A stretch of DNA of 64,000 bases. It comes from Callorhinchus milii. Its lineage: Eukaryota. The stretch covers positions 75,394,001 to 75,458,000 of the forward strand of contig NW_024704742.1 in assembly GCF_018977255.1 (NCBI RefSeq). The letters run 5' to 3'. The position numbers and the translations under genes were made by a program. Positions 12,330 to 23,847 of the stretch are shown here, piece by piece. Every line of letters starts with the position of its first letter. The stretch's first letter is position 1. The notes under the pieces were generated by a model, which was not told the DNA's origin, searched no databases, and worked only from the letters and a program-made list of their open reading frames with translations.

Positions 12330-13900
12330 AGAAGTGCACTAAAATTCTACAAAATTCTACAGAAAGAGGCAAATAGGGACTCTGCAGCTCAACTTGGCTC
12401 CAAGTTGATATGCTTGGCAACGCAATGTTGGACACATGTCTTGCAGCTGTCTTGGAGGTCTGGTTACTGAGCCCGGCTGGTCTTCAGTATTGCTGAGTCA
12501 GCCTGGCTCATTGGAATGATTTGGAAAAGCAGACCAGTCACTGGAGCAGGGATTCTTACCTGTTAATGTAAAGGGCGGCATGAAGGGTGCTATATAAATG
12601 TAAGTTGTTGTTAACCTGGAAGTCAAAGGCCTAATAAATAGGATAGTCCTAGCTGGACTAGCAGTAGGAAGTTTGTCAGACATTGCTATCAATGACAAGC
12701 TATGTGGTTTTATGGTTAGACTCCAGCACTACTCCATTGCTTACTCTGGAGTGCCCAAGTCTCGACTCTTGCCAACATGCATCTAATACTTTCTGGAATT
12801 AAATAAGCAGTATCTATCTCTCTGGGAGAGTCCGTATTCCATTCCAGAAAGGGGAATTTCCACGTGTGGGTAGCATGCCACAGAACCTTTAGTCTGGTTT
12901 CGATTCTCTTAAATGCTCAGCGTGAAATGTATGAGAGCATTGCCACCATCTTCCAGTCCACAGCTTGGGCACACATTCCTACACAATGACCCATGTCTCC
13001 CATCAGTTGGAGGAATGGAGCTTGAGCTACTTGCCTCTCTGCAAACCAAGCAAGGTCCAGTCTATGTCCTGGATATACAAAAGTGTGTTCTTAAACATGG
13101 AATCCCTTCCAGCAGCTGTCATCCCAAGCCTCAGTGTTTTCTCATTAGCTATCTAATGAATAGATAGATAGCTAATGAGAAAACACTAAGGCTTGGGTTT
13201 CATCTGCTTCCGCATGGTGGGAGGACCTTTACTGGACAGCTTGTGACGTACCAGCCACCTTGATGTCCTCGAGGTCCAGGTCCAATATTGTGTACTAGGT
13301 TTACTCAGCACTGGCTGCTTAATCAAGCCCAAATGGGATTTGGCAAATAGACATGCCTGCTGTGAAGCTGTTTCCACATCTGTGGGGCTTAGCAACAGAT
13401 CTGTCTAAGCTGGAGGCCTCTCTCCCTGCAGCCAGCTCACTGCTTGGTCTTGGACTTCCCGTGGGCTGGAGGAAGCTCTCTATTGAATTGCACTCAACCA
13501 TAAAGGAGAATTGTTTGGACACTAGACTTTTATGCCACGAGCCTGACCTGCATTCGGACCTTGAAGAGAGATGAGAGCAACCACAATACCATTCAGCACT
13601 TCTCCCTGTGGTCCTAACAACCCCCAGAAACTGATAAGAATCAACTGGGACCGATGCCCATAGTATCTTCCAATCAATAGCCTCAATGCCTTCTCTTGAG
13701 CCGTGCAGAACCATGATTTCAGTTACGGACACCTGCTATCATAGTCTAATATTCAAACAATGAGTGCAGGGCACAAGAAACCCAGGTGAGTTCGACAGCA
13801 GCACAATATCGTCTACAAACAGAAGCACCACAATCCTGTCAGGAATGCCTAGAACAAATATAGCAAGTCCAGCCATCTCAATGCCAAGAATCTTACCCAT
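12330..13900 (-). mobile_element. heavily decayed non-LTR retroelement, R2/RLE-like
   Basis: Collinear remnants LFVDDIVLLSNS (FVDD at 13808-13819), YQFLGV (~13620-13636), QGGWYVT (~13240-13262) and GMLPTR (~12862-12879); outer limits uncertain. Confidence 0.5.
13123..13197. repeat. near-perfect hairpin: 33-bp arms (1 mismatch), 9-nt loop
   Basis: cccaagcctcagtgttttctcattagctatcta / tagatagctaatgagaaaacactaaggcttggg. Confidence 0.95.
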
Positions 13901-14092
13901 TGGAAGAGATGAAAAGTCAAAATACAGACAACTATAGAAACATACATGCTCTATATTAATTCTAGATAAATTTCCAGTAGAAATGCAAAGCAACATTTAG
14001 CAAATAACAAATAACATTTTCTGCAAATTATACAAACAAATGCTGTACTTTCACTTCATATTTTCCAATTAAAAGCTACAAGAGAACATTAC

Positions 14093-14197
14093 CATTAAAG
14101 AGTGAAACATTCGCTCCTTCTCCTGCAGTTGGTTTTTCAGGGCCTGAACCTCAGGGGCTGCTCCCTGGTTCTGTTTGGGATCCAAGGTTCTGATAAC
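14093..14197 (-). CDS. HOOK3: HOOK3 exon 20 (105 nt): VIRTLDPKQNQGAAPEVQALKNQLQEKERMFHSLM
   Basis: tttag|GTT...ATG|gtaatg. Confidence 0.96.
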
Positions 14198-14659
14198 CTA
14201 AAATACAAAGAGCCGTTACACCATAGAATCTGAACAACTGACAAATGGCTGATAGTAACACACAAACTAACAAAAGAATAGTGGGGCCACTAAAAACTGC
14301 AAAACAATTTGGGAGAGGACAAGGCTAGTCCTCATGTCATTAATCCTCATTCTTTTGGATGAATCTTCTCTGCAAACTCAAGTAATAATAGTCCATGGAT
14401 CAAATGTGGCCCCTATCAGCATGATGCATGCTTGCAACCCAACAGTTTGCTTCATAATTACTCTCACCATCTATTAGTGAAAGCTGTGGCCATGGTAATT
14501 ATGCTTCTTGAGTATTAAAAATGTGCACCAGAACCACAAGGTTTACCTACAAAAAAAAGTGTATACTACAAGTTACATAATTGTACAACATGCCATAAAA
14601 ATCACTTCAAGGTTAGGAGCAAGCTGAGATGAACAAATACTCCACGAGACACTATGATT

Positions 14660-14790
14660 TCTGTGTTGCTGGTGGGACCGGGAGGAGAGGGTGGAAAAGA
14701 GAGCAAGGCGAGGGAAGGAGTAGAGAGCGAATGGTGTCTGTGGAGGGAAAGAGGCCAGGATTGAACAGTGGAAGTGGGGGCGGATAAATA
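14660..14790 (-). mobile_element. possible Penelope-like element remnant
   Basis: WPLSLHRHHSLSTPSLA...PPSPPG resembles, from memory, the linker before the GIY-YIG domain of vertebrate Penelope elements; weak. Confidence 0.3.
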
Positions 14791-15744
14791 TTTTGGAACT
14801 TTTGCTCGATTACCTTTGGGGTCCAGGGAGTATTTATGCAGAACTTTCCCCCAGGAGATAGTGGGTGGGGTGAAGTCCATTATAGGGTAGGTATTGCGTG
14901 GTCTGTGGAGGGTGCAGGCATGATGGGCCGAATGGCCTTTTGTCGTTCCATGCCTTCTCATGTTCAACAACTTCATCTGCAGTATCCTCCATTTCCCTAA
15001 CTGTGCAACACAGCAATTCAAAGTCTTTAAAGGAGACTCCTGTAATTTTATTACAAGCTTGGATTGAATGTCTCTACTAAAATCAACATTAGAACTCTCA
15101 TTATAGTAATTCCTGAAATGAAAATATGAAGGAAAAAAAAAAGCAAGTTCACCAGGTTGTTTAGCGGTAGAGATCAAAGTCGGCCTACACTTTGTATGTA
15201 TGGAATGAGATTTTTGTTTGACCCAATTAGAGAGGCTTCATCACTCACACAATGGCCCAGTCCAGCATGGACCAGAGAATGTGTCAGATGGAAGATGATC
15301 AGTTTTCTATTTAAAATTCTACTGGATCCAACTTTTGAACAAAAACAAATAAATTTAAAAAAACTTACAGCAAAATGAAAGGAGGGTAAAGAGAATACAT
15401 ATTTCAAAAGATTGAGGATTATTGACAGTTAATCTACACTTTTTATATTCAGAGCTTTGCCGTATAAAGTATTAATTAGCCAAATATAGTGGCAAGTATA
15501 ACAATACAAGTAATTTCGTTTATGACCACAACTGATTGGATATTCTGAAGACAAAGCTAAATGCAGTATTGCTCAACTGAGAACAAGCTAAGAAAATGAA
15601 AGAAAAACTGTCACGTAGTCATCTCAAATGCATCACGAATTGAAGTTGAATTCCTATTGTACAAAAATGTAGTTATTCTGTTTGCTAAATAGATTTTGCT
15701 TTGACCTGGTAATAAAGAAAATGGAGGTCAAAATGCTCCCATGA

Positions 15745-16132
15745 TAGTAAACCTTGCATTTGGTCTAGTGCATTATCGCATTGCCAAGAGTATGCTTCAC
15801 AGGATTTATGATGAAGTGTAATAACTATGTATTTTGCAGACAAATGTGGCAGCCAGAAATGTCAAACAGCCATGAAGTGAATGAACAATTTTATTTGGGA
15901 GATTGTTGGTCAGAACACTGGGAACAGTGACACAGAATCTTTATCATCCACCTGGACAGGGATATGGCCCTTGGTTTAATGTCTCATCTGAAGGACAGCA
16001 CCTACAAAAATGCAGCAGACTCTTAGCACTGCATCTGTGACAGCCTAGACTGAATTCAAAGTCCTAATGTGGTGCTTGAACCCACAACATTTGACTCAGA
16101 GCTGCGAGTACTACCAACTGAGCCAGGCTGAC
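15745..16132 (-). mobile_element. older Deu-domain-type SINE (SacSINE1/AmnSINE1-like)
   Basis: Plus strand shows ttgaacccacaac...gactcagag...ctaccaactgagcca (head) and aatgtctcatctgaaggacagcacct (core); similar copies at 30395, 41642 and 52820. Confidence 0.7.
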
Positions 16133-18362
16133 ATACTGAAGTACAGTCATCAAATAGAGTATGAGCAATGAATCAGATAAGACAAAGCTCAAGATGAGCT
16201 TCTAGAAATCAATTGAATACCAATTTAAAGAAAATCAAGTAATGATAACTCATTAAATTTTCAATCCAGTATACACGAATATAGAGAAAACATTCTTGGG
16301 GTGTCAAGCCAATTAGGCTGGATATAACTTACAAATATTTTGTCCAATTTAAATGTAATTGATGCATTTCAATACTGTGACTCTGGAGTGCCAACCTAGG
16401 CATGAGATGACAGTTTAACATTCCTACCTAAAAATGGATCCTATTGGTGTTAACAATTACTTTGATCCACCAGCTTCTCAGGTATTAACAAATTACAAAT
16501 AACTGGATTCTCAAATATCAAAAATAACTAGATTCTCAAGAGCTTTCTGACATTACCAAAGGTCAAAGATTCATTGCTCATACTCTATTTGATGACAGTC
16601 CTTTTTTTTTCAAACTATGAAATAAGGTCCTTTGAGGAAAGCTGTACCTGTGTTTCTCAGGCAGATTAGGTACAGCTTTATCTTACATTAGATCTGATAA
16701 TCTTGTTTCTTTTTAATGGAACTATGCATATCAAACAAACTACAGCTAGGATTAGAACTAGGGGAATGAAACGGCTTCTCTATTGGAATCATAAAATAGC
16801 TTCTCCATCCTACAAAGGACTGGATATGAACAGATCAACTTTTGGATCCTGAACACAAGAAATCTTGCTGACCAGTTTCGACTGAAATGTTGATAAGGCA
16901 TAGTAATTTTCAATGAAACTATTTAATTGTATTTGCCTGAAATTCATGATAAATGTTCCATTATACGACACAATTAATGTGCATTTGATAGGAGATCTGC
17001 AATGGCTAAGGGAACAAGTCAGCCCAAATTCATTCTATTCAGTAGAAGGGTGAGTAGTCTACTCAGCTGTAATATAGATCTTATTGAAATTCTTCAATTT
17101 CTTATGGATAGCTTGTAAAAAGCACTTTCAATCTTTTTTGATAGGAAGCATCAATTTTCATCCTCTCCCTTAAGTCAAAAATGGGATGGAACTCTTTTTG
17201 AGATTCAACAAAATAGGATCAAATCCTATTTACATTGGAATGTTAAAAGGCTAACAATTGTTGACTGAGTTACCAAGGAAGGTAATTGAGAACATAAAAT
17301 AATTCAAGAGTCACTAAATTAGATTCTGGAGAAAAAAAGGATTGAACGATATGGTGAAATGACTGGGTGGTGGGGTTGACATAAGAAAAACATGGAGGGT
17401 TTCAACAGCGTGGGGGAAAAAGGTAGTAACTATCCTGGGTAAGGTTGGGAAACTGAACGGATGAGGGCTGGGCTATATGGATTGAAGGACGGTTGGGGGT
17501 TGAAAAAGACCAAGGTTCTACACTGGCTCCATGAGATGGACCAGGCATTCATGCAGGTCAATATGATCAGCGCCTAAGATGAGAATGCTGACTGAAACAC
17601 CTGTTTATAAACTACCTAAAGAATAACAGCCAGCAGATTCTTATCTGAACAACTTCAGCCTTTTTTAAAAAAAAATGGACATCCAAATTGAACTTGGGAA
17701 ACAATCTAGCATGCCTAGACTTCCAAAATGAGTTGACAAAGTACCATATAAGAGACTCCTTCATAAACTGATGTCACTAGGTATCAAGGGTAAATCATAA
17801 ATTCAAAATTGATTGAAGAGAACCAATGCAGAGGGTATTGTTAGAGAAACTTGGTCAAATGGGGAGAGCTCATGTAGAGGTATTATTTGAGGTGTCTCAC
17901 AGATCTGGACTGGGACTTCTTCTATTCCCTGAATATATTAATGACCTAGATTCAAAGACATAGTGCAATGAAGTTAAATTTGCAGTTGGCACCAAGTTGG
18001 GGAAACCTTGGAATCAGAAAAGACAGCAAAGGTCTTACAAATCGAGCTTGAAAGGGTATATAAGTGGGTTGTTGACTCCAAGATAGCTGCATACGGGAAG
18101 CAAAAGAGAAGTAGACAAGGCCTGAAAGAGATCTGAGTATTAGTTGACTCTTTGCTTTCCATGTCAACACATGAAAAATATAAGAGTAGGGTTCAGTGAT
18201 GATAGTTGAAGCTAGAGAGAATACATGTGAGGTCATAAGCATTTGAATTATGTCTGAAAGCAAACCTCTTCATAGAGGCACTTAATGCTGCAAAAGAGCA
18301 ATCAGAACCGAGTTAAATGCTAGGTTTTTAGCCCATCACTGGTATCAATATCAGTCTCAAGT

Positions 18363-18727
18363 GGAGTCCTGTAGTTCAGTGGTTAGAACACTCGCCTCGC
18401 AAGCGAGAGACCTGGGTTTGATTCCTGTCAGGGTGAAATGTTAGGAAGTTTCCTTACTCCACATGCCTCTGTTTACCTAGCAGTAAGTAGGAACCTGGTT
18501 GTTAGTCGATTGGCGGGTCGCATTTCCAGGGGTAATAAGTCCTTCAAAAAAAAAAATGGGTCATTTCAATCCATGACTGTTTGTGGAACACTGCTGTGCG
18601 CAATTGGCTGCCGCATTTCGCCCATAAAATATACAGTCAATTCACTTTACAGTATATCTGTGAAGCACTTTGAGTTGTCTCGAAGACATGATAATGCACT
18701 ACATCAAATGCAAAGATTGATTATTTA
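18363..18727 (+). mobile_element. tRNA-derived SINE, long form, inserted in a decayed CR1
   Basis: Head, central segment and tail all present; CR1-like remnants flank it at ~17750-18010 and ~18770-19150. Confidence 0.85.
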
Positions 18728-19366
18728 TTTAATTAATACGCTGGGAGGCAGCAATAAGCACATTTATATATTGCCATATCAGTTGAATTCAGATCTCCAG
18801 AAATCATGCTCAAGTTGCACAGTGCTCTAGTCAGGCAGCACCTAGAGTAACGTGGACAGTTTGGTTGCTGTGACATAAGGGGAATGCCCAAACCCGAGAA
18901 GCAATGGAAAGGAGAGCAATAAAGGTGATCCCCAGTGTTTGAAGAATGAACTATGAGCAGTGATTAGACAAGCCAGGGCTCTTCTGTCTTGAAAGAGACA
19001 TCTCAAGAGACGACATATTCAGGAGTTACTAAGAAGGCTAAGATGGAGACCAGAATCCTGGATTCATTTAAGAAACAGCTTAATGCTGTAAATGAGAGGA
19101 CATTAAGTGGGTATTCTGAAAGGACAAGATCAAGTGGATTGAAGGGTCTTCATCATCTAAACATTTCTTTTTGTGACAAAATTATATTAAGGTTTCAAAC
19201 ACTATAGAAGTATACAATATCCTATGAGTAAACATTAATATACTGCTCTATTACATTAAAATACATTTAATTAACTTAATTTTAATAATCTTTTAAATTA
19301 TAGTTTCAGGTAATTTCATAATCCATCTTTCCCCATATAAATAAAAATCTGAAAGCGTATACTAAC

Positions 19367-19467
19367 ACTCTTTGCCTTTTCCAGGTATTTCTTGTATCTG
19401 TCCTCCATTTGTTTCATATCTTCATCTTTCTTTCTCAGAGACTCTTGAAGCTCCTCAATCTTTTGAG
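19367..19467 (-). CDS. HOOK3: HOOK3 exon 19 (101 nt): (S)QKIEELQESLRKKDEDMKQMEDRYKKYLEKAKS
   Basis: tgtag|CT CAA...AGT|gttagt; inside ORF 19316..19624. Confidence 0.96.
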
Positions 19468-19837
19468 CTACACAAAGCAGAAAGGCTGGTTTAGCATAAA
19501 CAAGTTTGCATTGTGATTCAGCTTTTAAAAGACAAACTGTCAATTTCAATATTTTGCTAATACATAGCATGTAGGTGTGTAACTGGCTGTTTGTGAACTG
19601 AGGTTTTTGAAGTACCATGGCCACAATAACGCTCTGCTAGCACCCAATGGAGAAAACAGTCACTAGTTTAAGTCAATCTCCTCCAATTTAATCACCAGAG
19701 TCAAGCTTCTGAAATATCTCTTAAGTCCAATCTTGTAATATCTTACTATACAGAAAGCAAGTTTAGGGGGAGTATTTTCTGTTCAAAGTAGCACATAGAA
19801 TAGAAACGTATAATTTATGTACATTTTACATGTACCT

Positions 19838-20771
19838 CCCACCCCAGCCCCTACCAATCCCTCCCTCCACACCTTTGAACCTGTCTCCCCCTCCTCTCTC
19901 ATCACTACCATAACCCGCATGAAACCTACCACCTGCTCCCTCGACCCCATCCCTAACCCCCCCTCCTTACCTTCCAGCTCCACCTCCTTATCCCTTTACT
20001 CATTGACATTATAGACTTCTCCCTGTCCTCTGGTACTGTTCCCACCCCAATAAAATACACCGTCATCACTCCTATACTTAAAAACCCCTCCTTGGACCCT
20101 TCACTACTCCCAAGCTACTGCCCCATTGCCAACATCCCTTTCTTCTCCAAGGTCCTGGAATGAGCTGTTGCTTCCCAGCTTTGCTCCTTCCTCTCCCGCC
20201 ACTCCCTTCTCGAACCCCTCCAATCGGGTTTCCGTGCCGCCCACAGCACAGAAACACGCGATCAAAGTGACAAATGACATTCTGTCCATCTGTGACCAGG
20301 GCTCCCTCTGCCTTCTCGTCCTCCTTCACCTCTCTGCTGCTTTCGACTCTGTCAACTACTCCATCCTCATCCACCGCTTCTCCTCTCACCTCAACCTTCA
20401 CGGCTCTGTCCTTGACTGGTTCAGATCGTACCTCTCACATCACCCTCCACTTCATCTCCACAAACGGCTTCTCCTCTAGCCCCCGAACCGTCTCATGCAG
20501 CGTTCCTCAGGGCTCTGTCCTTGGTTCCCTCCTCTTCAATATCTAAACGCTCCCTCTTGGTGACATCATCTGCAGACATGGAATCAACTTCCACATGTGT
20601 GTGAATGACACCCAAATCTACCTCTCTGCCTCCACCTTTGACTCCAGGACCACTACTGTCCTGACAGGATGTCTGGCAGACATCAAGTCCTAGATGAGAG
20701 CTAACTTTCTTCAGTTGAACATCAACAAGACCGAGGCTCTCCTGATTGGCTCCCGTCAGCGCCTCCTCACC
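19838..20771 (+). mobile_element. L2 LINE ORF2 fragment (5' part of a split element)
   Basis: [37 protein letters not shown]; ends at GSRQRLLT. Confidence 0.88.
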
Positions 20772-22220
20772 ATCCATGGTCCCAGAGATAGGGTGGGGCG
20801 AAACCATTGAGGGCTTTGTAGGTGAGGCCCAGGATTTTGAACTGGATCCTCTGAAGGAAAGGGAACTAATGGAGTCGGGAGAATGGGGTCACAGAGTTTG
20901 GTGCAGGAGAGGACACGCGCTGCAGAGTTCTGGATAATCTGCAACCTGTGGAGGGAGGAGTTGGGAAGGCCGACAAGCAGGGCGTTTGCATAGTCGAGCC
21001 TGGAGGTGATGAAGGCATGAGCAAGAGTTTCAGCGGCCTGAGGTTGAGGTAGTGGCAGAGTTGGGCGATGTTACAGGGGTGAGGGAAGGCAGAGCGGGTC
21101 ATGGCTTGAATGTGGGGAAGAAAAGACAGTTGAGGGTCGAACAAGACACCTCGGTTCCTGACTGGCTTGGTGAGTTGTATTGTGCAACAATGGAGGTTGA
21201 TGCTGCCAGAGCCTGAGGTGCTGAGGCGCTGGCACGATCCAATCTGGAAGGCCTCAGTCTTGTTCACATTCAACTGTAGGAAGTTTGCCCTCATCCAGGA
21301 CTTGATGTCCAACAGACAGTCTGTCAGGACAGCAGTGGTCCTGGAGTTGAGGGTGGAGGCAGAAAGATAGAGTTGGGTGTCATCCTCATACATGTGGAAG
21401 TTGACCCCATGTCTGCGGATGATGTCACCAAGGGGGGGCATGTAGATATTAAAGAGGAGAGGGCCAAGGACAGAGCCCTGGGGGTCGCCAGACGTGACAG
21501 TGCGGGGGCTGGAGGAGAAACTGTTAAAGGCAACAAAATGGAGATGGTAAGAGAGATAGGAATCGAACCAGGCAAGGGCAGGTCTGCGAAGATTAAGTAA
21601 GGAGGAGAGGCGGTGTATGAGGATGGAGGACAAGGAGGCAGAGGGAGCCCTGATCACAGATGTTCAGAATGTCACTAGTGACTTTGACCAGGGCTGTTTC
21701 CGTGCTGTGGGCAGCCGGGATTGGAGGGGTTCAAAGAGGGAATGGCGAGAGAGAAAGGAGCAGAGCTGGGACGCGACGACTCGTTCCAGGACCTTGGAGA
21801 GGAATGGGAGGTTAGAGATGGGGTGGTAGCTGGACAGGAGGGATGGGTCCAGGGAAGGTTTTTTTCAGGATGGGGGTGATGACAGCTGTTTTTAGGGGGG
21901 TTGGAACTGAACCTGTTGACAAGGAGAGGTTGATGACGTCGGACAGGAGAGGGGCCAGAAGGTGGAGCTGGGAGATGAGGAGAGAGGTGGGGATGGGATC
22001 GAGGGAGCAGGTGGTGGGTTTGAGTTTGCGAACAATCGCAGAGAGGGAGAGATAGGGTCAAAGGAGTATGGGAGGGGGATGGGTCATGAGGGAGAGGTGA
22101 TGTGGGGTTGGCTGTGGACAGGGCAGAGGTTGCTGAACTTATCCCCACGATTTTGGTTTTGAGGAAATCCAGCATCTCACAGTTGGAGTTTGAGGAGAGG
22201 GTGGGCGAGGTGTGGCAAGG
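20772..22220 (-). mobile_element. L2 LINE ORF2 fragment in antisense, no 3' tail
   Basis: ORF 20866..21657 with [22 protein letters not shown] (decayed YADD) and [10 protein letters not shown]. Confidence 0.9.
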
Positions 22221-22227
22221 TGGCACA

Positions 22228-22976
22228 CACCACCTTGCTAAGCCAGTCCAGAACCTTGGGGTCTTGTTTGACCCTCAACTATCCTTTCTACCTCACATCT
22301 GTGCCATGACCCGCACTGCCTTCCCCCACCTCCACAACATCGCCCAGCTCTGCCACTGACTCACACTGCAGGCCACTGAAACCTCATACATGCTTTCATT
22401 ACATCGAAGCTCGACTTTGCAAACTCATTAATTGTTGGCCTCTCCAACTCTTCCCTCCAGAGGCTGCAGACCATCCAGAATTCTGCAGCCCATGTCCTCT
22501 CCTGTATTAACCTCTGCGACCCTATCTCCCCCATTTTTGCCCAACTCCATTGGCTTCCCATCACACAGAGAATACAGTTCAAGATCCTGGTCCTCACTTT
22601 CAAAGACTTCCATCGTCTTGCTCCCCCTACCTCTCCGACCTCCTAACCCCCTACCATCCTGCTCGCTTCCTCCGCTCAGCGGGCTCCAGCCTGCTTCACG
22701 TCCCCCACCTCACTCGCCCCACTATTGGTGGGCAGGCCTTTTGCCACTCTGCCCCCACCCTTTGGAACTCCATCCCGCAGTCTCTCCGTCTCGCCCCCTC
22801 CCTTGCCACCTTTAAGACCCATCTCAAGATCCTCCTCTTCGACTGTGCTCTCGATCTCCCTGCGTCCCCCCCTGCCCTCCAGCCTCCCCGACCTCGGGTC
22901 CATAACTCTGTCTGTCCAGCGCCTTGGGACATCCTCCCGACGAGAAAGGTGCTATACAAATGTAATTTTGTTGTTG
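22228..22976 (+). mobile_element. L2 LINE 3' part with tail (continuation of the 19838 element)
   Basis: LAKPVQNLGVLFD...LHWLP...APTLWNSIP; stem-loop tail plus (TTG)n. Confidence 0.88.
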
Positions 22977-23179
22977 CATTACTTGAACAGCAGCAAATGA
23001 TTCAGCGAAAGCAAGCCTCACGCAGAACAGACCCAGTACCGTGCTTTACTGGGTTTGGGGTGACTCAAGAAGAGACTCTCTGGCAATGTCTAGAAGTAGG
23101 ATCAAGGACGAATATATTCACTGATGAAACGAGATCTTCTGAGAATAGATTGAAAATTCAAGGCAAATCTACTATTGTT

Positions 23180-23590
23180 TTATTTGGAAGGTGTAGTACA
23201 GGGAATATATCTTATTTACACCATGAACAGTTCTCAAAGGCTCTCGTCAATATCTGACTTAAATTCGTACGACACTTTGATTAGACCACATTGGAGTACA
23301 ATTCTGGTCTCCACGCTCCAAGAGTATCGCAACGAGTGCAGTTTAGGATTAGTACAATGATATTAGGTTACTGCTATCAGGATAGAGTGGATAGGTTAGC
23401 GCATTTTTTTGTTAGTGAAGAGATGTTTAAGAAGGATCTAATAGAGGTTACTATAATGTCAGATTTTCACATGAGGGAGAGGGGAATAAAAGGGCATAGA
23501 AGGTAATAAGGATTGGGTGAAGACTCATTAGCATGGACTAGATGGTGCAAGTGGCCTGTTTTTCATGCTGTACATTCTTTGCAAATCTTT
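23180..23590 (+). mobile_element. degenerate CR1 3' fragment
   Basis: YDTLIRPHLEY-like segment and a CR1-like tail. Confidence 0.5.
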
Positions 23591-23764
23591 GTAAATTCAT
23601 CACTATGTGCTATACTGTCATGACCCTTTATTTTGCCTTAAACAGGAATTGCATGTGATTATTGTACAAATATTGTAACAAGGGAGTGTAAATAATGAGT
23701 TTCTTTAAATGAAAAGTGATGAAAAATTAGTTTCTGGATTAATTTAAAAATTAAGAAAACTTAC

Positions 23765-23847
23765 AGCTATTGTTATATTTTGGCTCCAAATCGTCAATGT
23801 AAGCTCGCTTCTTCTGAAGTTCAGTGTGAGCTTCGTGCAGTTTTTCC
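23765..23847 (-). CDS. HOOK3: HOOK3 exon 18 (83 nt): EKLHEAHTELQKKRAYIDDLEPKYNNS
   Basis: ttcag|G GAA...AGC T|gtaagt. Confidence 0.95.

Noticed and set aside
14602..15177. 191-aa minus-strand ORF in intron 19
   Set aside because: Chance read-through across repeat remnants; exons 19 and 20 join in frame without it.
20866..21657. 263-aa ORF, the longest in the track
   Set aside because: Decayed L2 reverse transcriptase fragment (YEDD in place of YADD, internal deletion, frameshifted end); not a host gene.
22550..23257. 235-aa plus-strand ORF
   Set aside because: L2 C-terminus reading through its tail into unrelated sequence.
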